Below are positions 43,073 through 52,712 of a stretch of 64,000 nucleotides of DNA, in pieces (positions within the stretch are counted from its first letter, which is position 1; the number at the start of each line of letters is the position of its first letter). The notes beneath the pieces are model-generated. The model worked only from the letters and a program-made list of their open reading frames with translations. It had not been told where the DNA came from and ran no database searches. The DNA lies in the NCBI GenBank assembly GCA_031552145.1, contig JAVBMV010000005.1, positions 3,869 through 67,868 on the forward strand, in the 5' to 3' direction. The stretch is from Myxococcales bacterium. Its GTDB lineage: Bacteria > Myxococcota > Myxococcia > Myxococcales > UBA5297. The position numbers and the translations under genes are program-made.

Positions 43073-43994
43073 TTTCTGCCGAGTGCGGGCGCTCCGCGCG
43101 CCCGCACTTGAACTGAAACTGGCAGCGCGCGCACTTGGCGCGCTCATCCGTCATGGGGAAGGCGCCGACGTCGGCCAGATTCTTCGTGGGGTCGCGCAGC
43201 AGCGCTCTCATGGCGCCGACGCTTTGGGTGAAGAGATCGCGGAATCCCTGTAGCGCCTCTTCCGAGACGGTCACCTCGTGCTCTTCGGGAGCGGAGAGGT
43301 AGACGATCCGGGCGTCGACGCGTTGGGTAGGGACGCCCCATTTTGCCGCCGCGAAGAGGGTGTAGCCCAGGATCTGGCTGCGATCGCTCTGGCGCGCACC
43401 GCCCGTCTTCCAGTCGACCAGGATGGTTCGCCCTGCTTGGCTGAAGGCGAAGTCGGGCGCGGCGTAGACGCGCACACCGTCGAGCTCGAAGGAGTCGACG
43501 GTGTCGATGGGAAGCCAGTCCGACGGCCCGAGCGCGCGCGCTGTCTCGAGCCAGTGCGACGCATGGAAGTTGCGAATGCAGAGCTCGGCGTTCTGCCAGT
43601 TCTGGCGCCAAGCCTCGTCAGAGATGCTGAGCGAGAGCTCGTGCTCGACGAGCCCGAGCGCGCGCTTGGGGCTGCGCCGATACTCGCCCGCCTTGCTCTC
43701 CTTGAAGCCAAGCCTCATGCGCGCCAATGCGCGGTTCACGAGGCGCTCGACGGAGATCTCGCGCCCCGCGCGCACCTCGCCGAGGGCGAAGGCGAGCTGA
43801 TCGTGGACCTGCACGCCGGCCCACTGCTGGCGCGTCGAGAGATTTTTGAGGATGTAGAGTTCCCGCGCCTCCGCGGGCGCATCGTGGAGCCACCCGCCCC
43901 ACGAGCCGTAATAGTGGTACCAGTAAAGGCGGCGGCACTCTTCGAACTTGTCGTGGCGCGACTTGGACCAGGAGAACTCGGGCTCGGTTCGCAT
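43062..43994 (-). CDS. PD-(D/E)XK nuclease family protein with Cas4/AddB-like Cys cluster
   Basis: N-terminal Cys (FEECRRLYWYHYYGSWGGW). Nuclease core APDFAF...ILVDWKTGG. C-terminal CARCQFQFKC, giving a C...CxxCx5C pattern as in Fe-S RecB-like nucleases. The 3' end overlaps the convergent coiled-coil gene by 11 nt. Confidence 0.7.
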   Translation of the reverse strand: MRTEPEFSWSKSRHDKFEECRRLYWYHYYGSWGGWLHDAPAEARELYILKNLSTRQQWAGVQVHDQLAFALGEVRAGREISVERLVNRALARMRLGFKESKAGEYRRSPKRALGLVEHELSLSISDEAWRQNWQNAELCIRNFHASHWLETARALGPSDWLPIDTVDSFELDGVRVYAAPDFAFSQAGRTILVDWKTGGARQSDRSQILGYTLFAAAKWGVPTQRVDARIVYLSAPEEHEVTVSEEALQGFRDLFTQSVGAMRALLRDPTKNLADVGAFPMTDERAKCARCQFQFKCGRAERPHSAETTP

Positions 43995-44045
43995 GGGCGT
44001 ATCTTAGTGCGCATCCCTGTCTTGGCGACAGGGTAGGATCGCCGA

Positions 44046-44798
44046 ATGAACCTCCTGCTGTTGACCGAGGGTGAGCTGCGCCCCGATGGCACCGCCGAAT
44101 TGACCGGACGGCGGGCGCGCCATGTGCGCGAGGTGCACCGGGCAGAGGTGGGACGGGTGCTGAGGGTGGGCCTGCTGGGTGGCCTCGTAGGTACGGGGGA
44201 GGTGACGGCCCTCTCGAGGGAGTCGGTCGCGCTGCGGGTGACACTCTCGGAGCCGCCGCCGCCGAGGCCGGGGATCGACCTGCTCCTGGCGATGCCGAGA
44301 CCGAAGGTGCTCAAACGGCTCTTCGAGTGCGTGGCCTCACTCGGTGTGGGTCGCCTGGCGCTGCTCAACGCCGCCAGGGTGGAGAAGAGCTACTTTGACA
44401 CGCCGGCGCTCGAGCCGGTGGCGATCCGCGAGCACCTGCTGCTCGGCTTGGAGCAGGGGCGCGACACGCAGCTGCCGGAGGTCTCGGTGCACGCGCGTTT
44501 CCGCCCATTCGTCGAAGATGAGCTGGCGGCGCTCTTTCCTTCGAGAGAGCGCTGGGTGGCCGACCCGGGCGCCGATCGCGGGTTCTGCTGCGCGGGCGAG
44601 GAGGAGGGCAAGGGGGCGGCGCGCGCGGGCTGCGTGGTGGCCATCGGACCCGAGGGGGGATGGGTGCCCTTTGAGTTGGACTTGCTGGCGAGCGTCGGCT
44701 TTCGGTCCTTCTCCTTGGGTTCTCGAATCCTGAGAGTCGAAACGGCGGTTCCTTTTGTTATTGGCCAGCTGGTGCTGGCAAGGAGCGCCCTTCGGTGA
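44046..44798 (+). CDS. rsmE: 16S rRNA (uracil1498-N3)-methyltransferase
   Basis: MNLLLLTEGELRPDGTAELTGRRARHVREVHRAEVGRVLRVGLLGG...IDLLLAMPRPKVLKRL...VAIGPEGGW is the RsmE PUA-like plus SPOUT pattern. Confidence 0.8.
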   Translation: MNLLLLTEGELRPDGTAELTGRRARHVREVHRAEVGRVLRVGLLGGLVGTGEVTALSRESVALRVTLSEPPPPRPGIDLLLAMPRPKVLKRLFECVASLGVGRLALLNAARVEKSYFDTPALEPVAIREHLLLGLEQGRDTQLPEVSVHARFRPFVEDELAALFPSRERWVADPGADRGFCCAGEEEGKGAARAGCVVAIGPEGGWVPFELDLLASVGFRSFSLGSRILRVETAVPFVIGQLVLARSALR

Positions 44799-44831
44799 CA
44801 TCCGAGGGCGCCAACAAGGAGAGAAAGAGCT

Positions 44832-45638
44832 ATGGCGTTCGAGCTGAGCGGAAAGGTGGTTTTGGTCACAGGGGCATCCAGCGGCATCGGAGAGGCTGCG
44901 GTGCGGGCCTTTTGCGCCGAAGGGTGCAAGGTGGTGGCCGCGGCCAGGAGGCTGGAGCGCCTCGAGCAGCTGGCGGGCGAGCTCTCCGCGCGAGGAGAGA
45001 CGGTGCTTGCGGTTCGCTGCGACGTGCGCTCTGACGAGGAGGTGCGCGGCGCCTTCGAGATGGCGCGGGAACGTTTCGGCGGCGTCGACATCCTGGTGAA
45101 CAACGCGGGCCTCGGACTCTATGGCCCGGTGGAGGATGTCGCTCCCTCGAAGCTGCACGAGAACTTCGAGACCAACGTCTACGGCGTGCTCCGCTGCATC
45201 CGCGCGGCGGTGCCGATGATGCGGGCGCGCAAGGGGGGGCAGATCATCAACGTCAGCTCCGTCCTGGGCCATCGGGCGCTCCCCGGGATGGGGGGGTACT
45301 GTGCCTCCAAGTTCGCGCTGAACGGACTCACTGAGTCGCTGCGCGTCGAGCTTGCGCCCGCCGGCATCGACGTGCTGCTCTTTTCGCCCGGCATCACCAA
45401 GACGGAGTTCAGGCAGAACGCGTTGAGCGCCTCGAACGAGCGCGAGTCGCTGCCGCCCTTCGAGGCGATGAGCGCGGCGGCGGTGGCGCGGGAGCTGGTT
45501 GCCGCGAGCCGGCGGCGGCGGCGCCTCACCATCCTGACGCGGGCGGGGCGCACCATGGTGGCGATGAATCGCTTCGCGCCCGCGCTCTTCGATCGCTTCG
45601 CGGGGCGCATGGTGGGGCCGACCGCGAAGGGCAAGTAG
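44832..45638 (+). CDS. SDR family oxidoreductase
   Basis: Motifs VLVTGASSGIGEA, NNAG and the catalytic YCASKFAL (YxxxK). Confidence 0.85.
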   Translation: MAFELSGKVVLVTGASSGIGEAAVRAFCAEGCKVVAAARRLERLEQLAGELSARGETVLAVRCDVRSDEEVRGAFEMARERFGGVDILVNNAGLGLYGPVEDVAPSKLHENFETNVYGVLRCIRAAVPMMRARKGGQIINVSSVLGHRALPGMGGYCASKFALNGLTESLRVELAPAGIDVLLFSPGITKTEFRQNALSASNERESLPPFEAMSAAAVARELVAASRRRRRLTILTRAGRTMVAMNRFAPALFDRFAGRMVGPTAKGK

Positions 45639-45664
45639 GCCTGTACATCCTGTGGTCGCCGGGC

Positions 45665-46237
45665 TCAGAGCAGCGTGAGCCCGGCCTCGCGCAGCATCTT
45701 GCAGAGCGCGAGCATCGGGAGGCCGATGATGGCGTGGTGGTCGCCCTCGATCTTGTCGAAGAGGAGCAGCCCCCGCGCCTCGACGCGGTAGCAACCGACG
45801 CACCCCTCCCACTCGTTGGTGTCGAGGTAGGCCGCGATCTCGCGCGCGGAGAGCGCGCGCATCGTCATGCGGACCGACTCGACGTGCGCGGAGAGCGCTC
45901 CCTCGGCGCCGCGCCAGAGCGTCACCGCGGAGTGGAGGTAGTGCGTGCGGCCGGAGAGGCGCGCCAGTTGCGCCCGCGCCTCTTCCCGCGTCTCGGCTTT
46001 GCGGAGCAGCGCGCCCTCGAGCTCGGCGGTCTGATCGGCGGCGACGACCCATCTGTCGGGAGCGCGCTTCGCGACGGCGCGCGCCTTCTCGCGCGCGAGG
46101 TGGAGGGCGAGGTCGCGCGGCGAGAGGCCGGGCAGCGCGCGCTCGTCGATCTGGGGAGAACGCGCCTCGAAGGGGATACCGACCTGCCGGAGCAGTGCCT
46201 GGCGGAAGGGCGAGGTGGAGGCGAGCAGGAGTGTCAT
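45665..46237 (-). CDS. maf: Maf-like nucleoside triphosphate pyrophosphatase
   Basis: MTLLLASTSPFRQALLRQVGIPFEARSPQIDE...VVAADQT...YRVEARGLLLFDKIEGDHHAIIGLP. Confidence 0.85.
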   Translation of the reverse strand: MTLLLASTSPFRQALLRQVGIPFEARSPQIDERALPGLSPRDLALHLAREKARAVAKRAPDRWVVAADQTAELEGALLRKAETREEARAQLARLSGRTHYLHSAVTLWRGAEGALSAHVESVRMTMRALSAREIAAYLDTNEWEGCVGCYRVEARGLLLFDKIEGDHHAIIGLPMLALCKMLREAGLTLL

Positions 46238-46360
46238 AGGCCCATGCTATAACGGCGCGCCAAAGGGGCGCTTCGCCGCTGGGCGTGCCCTCGCCCGGGC
46301 GCTGGTTCTCCGACCCGTTTTTTGGCTCTCCGAAGCAGAGCGCACAAGGTTCTAAGCACC

Positions 46361-48817
46361 ATGTTCTCCCGAAACGATGACAAGAAGCCCTCTCCCGATC
46401 AGGGGTTGCGCACCCTGCCGCTGCTCCCTCTGCGCGACATCGTGGTCTTTCCGCACATGGTCGTGCCGCTCTTCGTCGGGCGCGATAAGTCGATCGCCGC
46501 GCTGGAGCAGGCGATGGAGGGGTCGAAAGAGGTCTTTCTCGCCTCGCAGAAGCGGGCGAGGACGAATGACCCGACGCCCGACGACATCTTCGCGGTAGGG
46601 ACGCTCGGCACGGTGGTGCAGCTGCTGCGCCTTCCCGACGGCACGGTGAAGGTGCTCATCGAGGGGCTCAGGAGAGGTCGCATCGCCTCCTTCGGGCCCA
46701 GCGAGCGCTGCCTGACGGTCGAGGTGGAGGAGCTTGCCCATCCGGTCGAGCAGTCGGTCGAGCTGCAGGCGCTGGTGCGCTCCGTCCACGCGGTCTTCGA
46801 GGCCTACATCAAGCTCAACAAGCGCATCCCTCCCGAGCTGCTCGCCTCGGTCTCCAGCATCGATGAGCCCGGCCGCCTCTCCGACACTATCGCCGCGCAC
46901 CTGGCGCTCAAGCTGACCGACAAGCAGGCGATCCTCGAGATGGAGAGCGCCCATCAGCGTCTTGAGAAGCTCTACGAGCTGATGCAGGGCGAGATCGAGA
47001 TCCTGCAGGTCGAGAAGAAGATCCGATCGCGCGTCAAGAAGCAGATGGAGAAGACGCAGAAGGAATACTACCTCAACGAGCAGATGCAGGCGATCCAGAA
47101 GGAGCTCGGCGAACGGGACGAGTTCAAGAACGAGATCCAGGAGCTCGAGGAGAAGATCAAGAACAAGAAGATGTCGAAGGAGGCCGCGAGTCGGATCAAG
47201 AAGGAGCTGAAGAAGCTCAAGATGATGAGCCCGATGAGCGCCGAAGCGACGGTGGTGCGCAACTACATCGACTGGATCCTCTCTCTGCCTTGGAGCGATG
47301 TGACGCGCGACAAGCTCGATCTGGTCGAGGCGGAGAAGGTGCTGAACGAGGATCACTTCGGCTTGAAGAAACCGAAGGAGCGCATTCTGGAATACCTGGC
47401 GATCCAGGCGCTGGTCGAGCGGATCAAAGGCCCGATCCTCTGTTTCGTTGGACCTCCTGGTGTCGGCAAGACCTCGCTGGGGCGTTCCATCGCGCGCGCG
47501 ACGGGCAGAAACTTCGTGCGCCTCTCGCTCGGCGGGGTGCGCGACGAGGCCGAGATCCGCGGCCACAGGCGCACCTATATCGGCGCGATGCCGGGCAAGA
47601 TCGTGCAGTCATTGCGGAAGGCGGGCTCCTCGAACCCCGTCTTTCTCCTCGACGAGATCGACAAGATGTCGACCGACTTCCGCGGCGATCCCTCGTCGGC
47701 GCTGCTGGAGGTGCTCGATCCGGAGCAGAACAGCACCTTCAACGATCACTACCTCGACCTCGATTACGACCTCTCCAAGGTGCTCTTCCTCTGCACGGCC
47801 AACACGCTGCATGGGATCCCCGCGCCGCTCCAGGATCGCATGGAGATCATCCGACTGGCGGGCTACACAGAACAGGAGAAGCTCTTCATCGCGCGCCGTT
47901 ATCTGATCCCGAAGAAGCTGGAGGAGAACGGCCTCGCCGACGCGAAGGTGGAGATCAGCGACGGCGCGGTGCGCTCCATCGTCCAGCACTACACGCGCGA
48001 GTCCGGGGTTCGGAGCCTGGAGCGCGAGCTGGCGGCGATCTGCAGAAAGGTGGCGCGCGATGTGCTGCGCGATGGGCCGAGTGGAAAAGAGAAGGCGCGC
48101 CGCGTCGGCGCCAAGGGCCTCTCGAAGTACCTGGGCGTGCGCCGCTTCAAGTTCGGGCAGGTGGAGAAGGAGGATCAGATCGGCCTCGTCACGGGGCTCG
48201 CCTGGACCGAGATGGGGGGCGAGCTGCTCGTCACCGAGGCGACGGTAATGCCCGGCAAGGGGAAGCTCATCATCACAGGAAAGCTGGGCGAGGTGATGCA
48301 GGAGTCGGCGCAGGCTGCGCTCAGCTATGTGCGGACGCGCGCGGAGCGCTTCGGCATCGATAGAAAATCCTTCGAGTCATACGACCTGCACGTCCATGTT
48401 CCCGAGGGGGCGATCCCAAAGGATGGCCCCTCGGCGGGCATCACGATGGCCACGACGCTGATCAGCGCGCTGACGCGGATCCCGGTGAGGCGCGATGTCG
48501 CCATGACGGGCGAGATCACCCTGCGCGGCAGGGTGTTGGCGATCGGTGGGCTCAAGGAGAAGGCGCTGGCGGCGCACCGGGGCGGGATCAAGACCATCAT
48601 CATCCCCAAGGAGAACCGAAAGGATATCCGGGAGATCCCGAAGAAGGTCCGCGACGCCCTGGAGATCGTGCCCGTCGAGCATATGGATCAGGTGCTTCGC
48701 AGGGCCCTGGTCCTGGAGGATGCCGAGGCTTTCTTCAGGCGGGCGGAAGAGGTCGCGAAGCGCGAGCTGGAGCGCGATCGCGCGGCCCTGGCACCGGAGC
48801 GTTCGGCGCTGATTTGA
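46361..48817 (+). CDS. lon: ATP-dependent Lon protease
   Basis: LON N-domain [23 protein letters not shown], Walker [12 protein letters not shown] and catalytic serine region [20 protein letters not shown] chose the start at ATG 46361. Confidence 0.95.
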   Translation: MFSRNDDKKPSPDQGLRTLPLLPLRDIVVFPHMVVPLFVGRDKSIAALEQAMEGSKEVFLASQKRARTNDPTPDDIFAVGTLGTVVQLLRLPDGTVKVLIEGLRRGRIASFGPSERCLTVEVEELAHPVEQSVELQALVRSVHAVFEAYIKLNKRIPPELLASVSSIDEPGRLSDTIAAHLALKLTDKQAILEMESAHQRLEKLYELMQGEIEILQVEKKIRSRVKKQMEKTQKEYYLNEQMQAIQKELGERDEFKNEIQELEEKIKNKKMSKEAASRIKKELKKLKMMSPMSAEATVVRNYIDWILSLPWSDVTRDKLDLVEAEKVLNEDHFGLKKPKERILEYLAIQALVERIKGPILCFVGPPGVGKTSLGRSIARATGRNFVRLSLGGVRDEAEIRGHRRTYIGAMPGKIVQSLRKAGSSNPVFLLDEIDKMSTDFRGDPSSALLEVLDPEQNSTFNDHYLDLDYDLSKVLFLCTANTLHGIPAPLQDRMEIIRLAGYTEQEKLFIARRYLIPKKLEENGLADAKVEISDGAVRSIVQHYTRESGVRSLERELAAICRKVARDVLRDGPSGKEKARRVGAKGLSKYLGVRRFKFGQVEKEDQIGLVTGLAWTEMGGELLVTEATVMPGKGKLIITGKLGEVMQESAQAALSYVRTRAERFGIDRKSFESYDLHVHVPEGAIPKDGPSAGITMATTLISALTRIPVRRDVAMTGEITLRGRVLAIGGLKEKALAAHRGGIKTIIIPKENRKDIREIPKKVRDALEIVPVEHMDQVLRRALVLEDAEAFFRRAEEVAKRELERDRAALAPERSALI

Positions 48818-48915
48818 AGAGAGCTTGAGTCCTGAATCGAACGGTGCAACCCTTTTTGGGTCGTGCATCGAAGAGAGGACCAGGCCGGAGCGCGGCCGGA
48901 GAAAAGGAGAGAGTC

Positions 48916-49215
48916 ATGGCACTCAGAGAGAATCCAGTTGTGAAGCGGGTGGTGGAGCTTGGCGAGGAGCAGGCCGGAAAGATGGCGCAGCAGCTCTTCG
49001 CGAATGAGGCTTTCACCAATGCGGTACAGAAGGTGGTGGCCAACTCGCTGAAGGCCAAGGGGGTGCTCGACAAGAACCTCAAGGTCGCTCTCTCGGCGAT
49101 GAACCTTCCCTCCTCCTCGGATCTGGAGGGGGTGAGGCAGAAGCTCTCCGAGCTGGAGGAGACGATGCGCAGGCTCGAGGAGAGCGTCGCGCGCCTCTCG
49201 CAGCGGGCTAAGTAG
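48916..49215 (+). CDS. Small coiled-coil protein (phasin/PHA-granule-associated-like C-terminal motif)
   Basis: AAAGGAGAGAG RBS upstream of ATG 48916. Sequence ...AMNLPSSSDLEGVRQKLSELEETMRRLEESVARL. The family assignment is tentative. Confidence 0.55.
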   Translation: MALRENPVVKRVVELGEEQAGKMAQQLFANEAFTNAVQKVVANSLKAKGVLDKNLKVALSAMNLPSSSDLEGVRQKLSELEETMRRLEESVARLSQRAK

Positions 49216-49261
49216 TTGTCGGGGTAGCCTTGGGGCAGAGGCGCCGCTCGCGAGCTGTTCC

Positions 49262-49954
49262 TTGTTCGTGAGCGCGCTCTTTTCAGATCGGCGCGGCGCC
49301 GGGAGGAGGCTCGCCGGGCTCGCGGTCGCGCGCTGGGGCGGGGTCCTGCCCGACCTGGTGCTGGCGCTGCCAAGGGGCGGCGTTCCCGTTGCCTTCGAGC
49401 TAGCGATGGCGCTCGAACGCCCGCTTGGGCTGCTCTTCGTCCGCAAGGTGGGAATGCCTGGGAACGAAGAGCTGGCGCTGGGGGCCCTCGCCTCCGCGAG
49501 CGGCAGATTGACCCCGACGCTGATCCTGAACACCACCCTGCTGACCCAGCTTCCGCTCTCGCCGTCGCTGCTCGACGCTGCGATCGAGCGGGCGCGCTGC
49601 GAACTGGCGCGCGCAATGGAGCGCTTCGCGAGCGCGTCGCCGCGGGTCGAGTTGGAGGGGGCCAGCGTGCTCGTGGTCGACGACGGCCTCGCGACGGGCG
49701 CGACGATGGCGGCCGCGGTCGTAGCAGCGCGGGAACGTGGCGCTAAAGAGGTGAGGGTCGCCGTGCCCGTCGCCGCGCGCGAGTCGGCGAGCAGAGTGGA
49801 GGCGCTCTGTGACGGCCTGCTCTGTCCCGAGCTGCCCGCGCTCTTCTCATCGGTTGGGGAGCATTACGACGAATTTCCCCAGACCAGCGATCAAGAGGTC
49901 TGCGCGCTCCTGGGGTTAGCGAATGGCAGAGCGCCTCATGCCGAGCCCATGTAG
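49262..49954 (+). CDS. Phosphoribosyltransferase family protein
   Basis: The PRPP-binding loop is VLVVDDGLATGATM, with LALPRGGVPVAFELA upstream. The track start is a non-ATG codon, so the start is uncertain. Confidence 0.75.
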   Translation: MFVSALFSDRRGAGRRLAGLAVARWGGVLPDLVLALPRGGVPVAFELAMALERPLGLLFVRKVGMPGNEELALGALASASGRLTPTLILNTTLLTQLPLSPSLLDAAIERARCELARAMERFASASPRVELEGASVLVVDDGLATGATMAAAVVAARERGAKEVRVAVPVAARESASRVEALCDGLLCPELPALFSSVGEHYDEFPQTSDQEVCALLGLANGRAPHAEPM

Positions 49955-50110
49955 CCGCTCGCCGCGCCCTCCCGCCCCTAGGCCGTGCGCGCGCCCCAAC
50001 ACCGTCTGCACCCAGCGCCGTGTGCGCACCCGTTTGCGAAGGGCTTGGCAAGCGGCTACGTTCGCGAGAGGCGCCCGGGCGGCGCCCTTCCTCGATAGTG
50101 GGAGCGAGCG

Positions 50111-51718
50111 ATGCCCCGACACTTCAACACGGCAGGCCCGAACGACCCAAAGGATCACTACAACGTCGACTCGTTCGAGCGGATCGACTGGCCAGAGATT
50201 CTGAATCTGATCGATGGCAAGAAGTTCTTCGTCATGCACGCCCCCCGGCAGAGCGGGAAGACGACGCTGCTGCGCGCGATCGTCGAACGACTGAACGGGG
50301 ACGGGAAGTACCAGGCGCTCTACGTCAACGTCGAGAATGCGCAGATGGCGCGCAGCGACGTGGGTCGAGGAATTCGGACAATCGTCGAGCTCATCGGGAC
50401 GCGGGCGGGCCTCTTTCTCCCGGAGAGCTGGCTCGCATCGAACTGGAGGAGCGCGGTCGCCAAGGCCGAGCCCGAGAACGCGCTCACCCTGTTGCTAGGA
50501 GAATGGGCCGCCCATTCACCCGCGCCCATCGTTCTAATGGTGGACGAGATCGACTCGCTCATTGGAGACACGCTCGTCTCGGTTCTTCGGCAACTGAGGA
50601 CGGGTTACTTGGACCGGCCCGCCGCCTTCCCGCAGGCGGTAATTCTCTGCGGCGTTCGCGATGTGCGCGACTACCGGATTCACACGTCGGACGGGGAGAT
50701 CGTCACCGGCGGGAGCTGCTTCAACGTGAAGTCCGAGTCGTTGACGCTGGGGAGCTTCTCGGAGGCGGAGGTGAGAGGGCTCTATGGGCAGCATACAGCC
50801 GAGACAACGCAGGTCTTCGAGGAGGCCATCTTTCCCAGAGTGATGGCGTTGACCGGAGGCCAGCCCTGGCTGGTCAACGCGCTCGCGCGGGAGCTTACGG
50901 AGAAGATGCCCGCGCTGAAGGATCGCTCCCGGGCGATCTCGCTCGAGGATCTGGAAGAGGCGAAGGAGCGACTCATCCTAAGGAGGGACACACATCTCGA
51001 TCAGCTCGCGGACAAGCTGCGGGAGCCCAGGGTGCGGCGAGTGATCGAGCCAATGCTCCAGGGCGAGGAGGCGGCGGGTGTCGCGTCCGAGGAAGATCTG
51101 ACCTATGTCGCAGATCTCGGCTTGATCAAGCTGAGAAGTCCCAGGAAGGTAGAGATCGCCAACGAGATCTATCGAGAGATCATCCCTCGCGCGCTGAACT
51201 ATGTGATGCAAGTAGACCTGCGCGGAGCATTGCCCGACTCTCCCTTCCGCCACGCCGACGGCCGCCTCGACTTCCGCGGTCTGCTCGCAGGATTCCAGCA
51301 GTTTTACCGAGAGAACTCGGAGGTTTGGAACAAGCGAGCCCTCTACGAAGAGGCGGCGCCGCAGCTCTTGCTGCAGGCCTGGCTACAGCGTGTGGTGAAC
51401 GGAGGAGGGCGAATCGAGCGGGAGTATGCCCTTGGGCGGCGGCGCGCCGATCTCTTCGTGCGCTTCTTCCGGCAGTTGGAGGGAAGGCGTGAAGAGCAGC
51501 GCTTCGTGGTGGAGATGAAGGTGCTGCGCCACTCACTCGCGAAGACCCTCGATGACGGGCTGAAGCAGACGGCGGCGTATGCCGACCGCTGTCAGCCCCA
51601 CGAGTCGCACCTGATCGTGGTCGATCCGGCCCCTGCCAGCGAGAAGAGCTGGGAGGAGAAGGTCTTCGTCGACGAGAAGGTCTATGAGGGCCGCCCGATC
51701 ACGGTGTGGGGGATGTAG
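50111..51718 (+). CDS. AAA-ATPase-like protein with C-terminal PD-(D/E)XK nuclease-like domain
   Basis: MPRHFNTAGPNDPKDHYNVD...KKFFVMHAPRQSGKTTLL (Walker A), LMVDEIDSL (Walker B) and the C-terminal RRRADLFVRF...RFVVEMKV (D...ExK). Confidence 0.75.
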   Translation: MPRHFNTAGPNDPKDHYNVDSFERIDWPEILNLIDGKKFFVMHAPRQSGKTTLLRAIVERLNGDGKYQALYVNVENAQMARSDVGRGIRTIVELIGTRAGLFLPESWLASNWRSAVAKAEPENALTLLLGEWAAHSPAPIVLMVDEIDSLIGDTLVSVLRQLRTGYLDRPAAFPQAVILCGVRDVRDYRIHTSDGEIVTGGSCFNVKSESLTLGSFSEAEVRGLYGQHTAETTQVFEEAIFPRVMALTGGQPWLVNALARELTEKMPALKDRSRAISLEDLEEAKERLILRRDTHLDQLADKLREPRVRRVIEPMLQGEEAAGVASEEDLTYVADLGLIKLRSPRKVEIANEIYREIIPRALNYVMQVDLRGALPDSPFRHADGRLDFRGLLAGFQQFYRENSEVWNKRALYEEAAPQLLLQAWLQRVVNGGGRIEREYALGRRRADLFVRFFRQLEGRREEQRFVVEMKVLRHSLAKTLDDGLKQTAAYADRCQPHESHLIVVDPAPASEKSWEEKVFVDEKVYEGRPITVWGM

Positions 51719-51746
51719 GGCGCCGCTTGCCGAGCTCCTCGCGTTC

Positions 51747-52712
51747 CTACGGTTTCGGGTTCGCCGGCTCGCCGTCGCCGTCTCTGTTGGCCAGCATAAA
51801 GCGCGCGTTGCGCCGCACCGCTTCCCACCCGGCGCGCGCCACGCTCATGCCGCTCGCGCTCTGTGCGAAAGAGTCCTCGTCGCTGATGGCCAACTCCTCG
51901 AGCGTGGCGTGCGCGAAGGGGCGCACCGCAAAGCGCGGATCGTCGCAGTGGTGTTCTGGAAGGTTGTGTGGGCAGGCTCGCTGGCAGAGGTCGCAGCCGT
52001 AGACCGAGGACAGGTGCGGCCGCAGGTCCTCGGGCATGACCTCGTGGACCGCCTCAATGGTCCAATAGGCGAGGCAGCGCCGCGCGTCGAGCGATGCTCC
52101 GTCGAGCGCCGAGGTTGGGCAGGCTTCGACGCAGCGCCTGCAGTCGCCGCAGCGCGAGGGGATGGGCTCGTCGTAATGGTCCACCTCGCGGTCGATGAGC
52201 ATGGCGCCGAGCAGGAGCTTCGCGCCGTGCTTTGGGGAGATGAGGAGCGTCTGCTTTCCCTGCCATCCGAGCCCGGCACGCGCGGCCCACACTTTCTCCA
52301 TGACGAGGCCGCTGTCGCAGCAGGCATAGTCGTCGATGTGGGGAGCAATGGCGCGCAGCGCCCGCCTAAGGCGGCGGAAGCGATCTCTGAAGGTCGCGTG
52401 GTAGTCGCGTGTTCGGGCGAAGGAGGCGAAGGGGGAGGGGAGCTGGTGTTCGCTCGTCGCGTGGCAGATGCCCAGCGCGATTACGGTGCGGCAGCCGGCG
52501 AGGACGCGGCGTGGATCGAGCCGAGCCTGCGCGCTCCTGGCCAGCCACCGCATCTCGCCGTGATTGCCCCGCGCGAGCCAGCCTCGCAGTGCGTCGCCAG
52601 GTATGGGCTCGGGACGCGCGAGCCCCACCTCCGCGAAGCCCGCTTCGCGCGCGGCGCGCTTCACCTCGTCGGCGCGGAGGAGGGCGCTCACCCTCTGTGG
52701 CTGGGATCCCAT
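51747..52712 (-). CDS. queG: Epoxyqueuosine reductase
   Basis: Two ferredoxin-type motifs are present, CGDCRRCVEACPTSAL and CDLCQRACPHN, plus a conserved N-terminal region (GFAEVGLARPEPIP...). The start is either ATG 52712, or GTG 52691 which overlaps the upstream stop as GTGA. Confidence 0.85.
   Translation of the reverse strand: MGSQPQRVSALLRADEVKRAAREAGFAEVGLARPEPIPGDALRGWLARGNHGEMRWLARSAQARLDPRRVLAGCRTVIALGICHATSEHQLPSPFASFARTRDYHATFRDRFRRLRRALRAIAPHIDDYACCDSGLVMEKVWAARAGLGWQGKQTLLISPKHGAKLLLGAMLIDREVDHYDEPIPSRCGDCRRCVEACPTSALDGASLDARRCLAYWTIEAVHEVMPEDLRPHLSSVYGCDLCQRACPHNLPEHHCDDPRFAVRPFAHATLEELAISDEDSFAQSASGMSVARAGWEAVRRNARFMLANRDGDGEPANPKP

Noticed and set aside
41699-46052. Very long antisense or other-frame ORFs 41699..43147(-, 482 aa), 44337..46052(-, 571 aa) and 40049..40942(+).
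   Set aside because: They span several well-supported genes on the opposite strand or in other frames (the FHA-GGDEF gene, the coiled-coil gene, rsmE, the SDR gene and maf). They translate to Arg/Ala/Pro/Leu-rich sequence without motifs.
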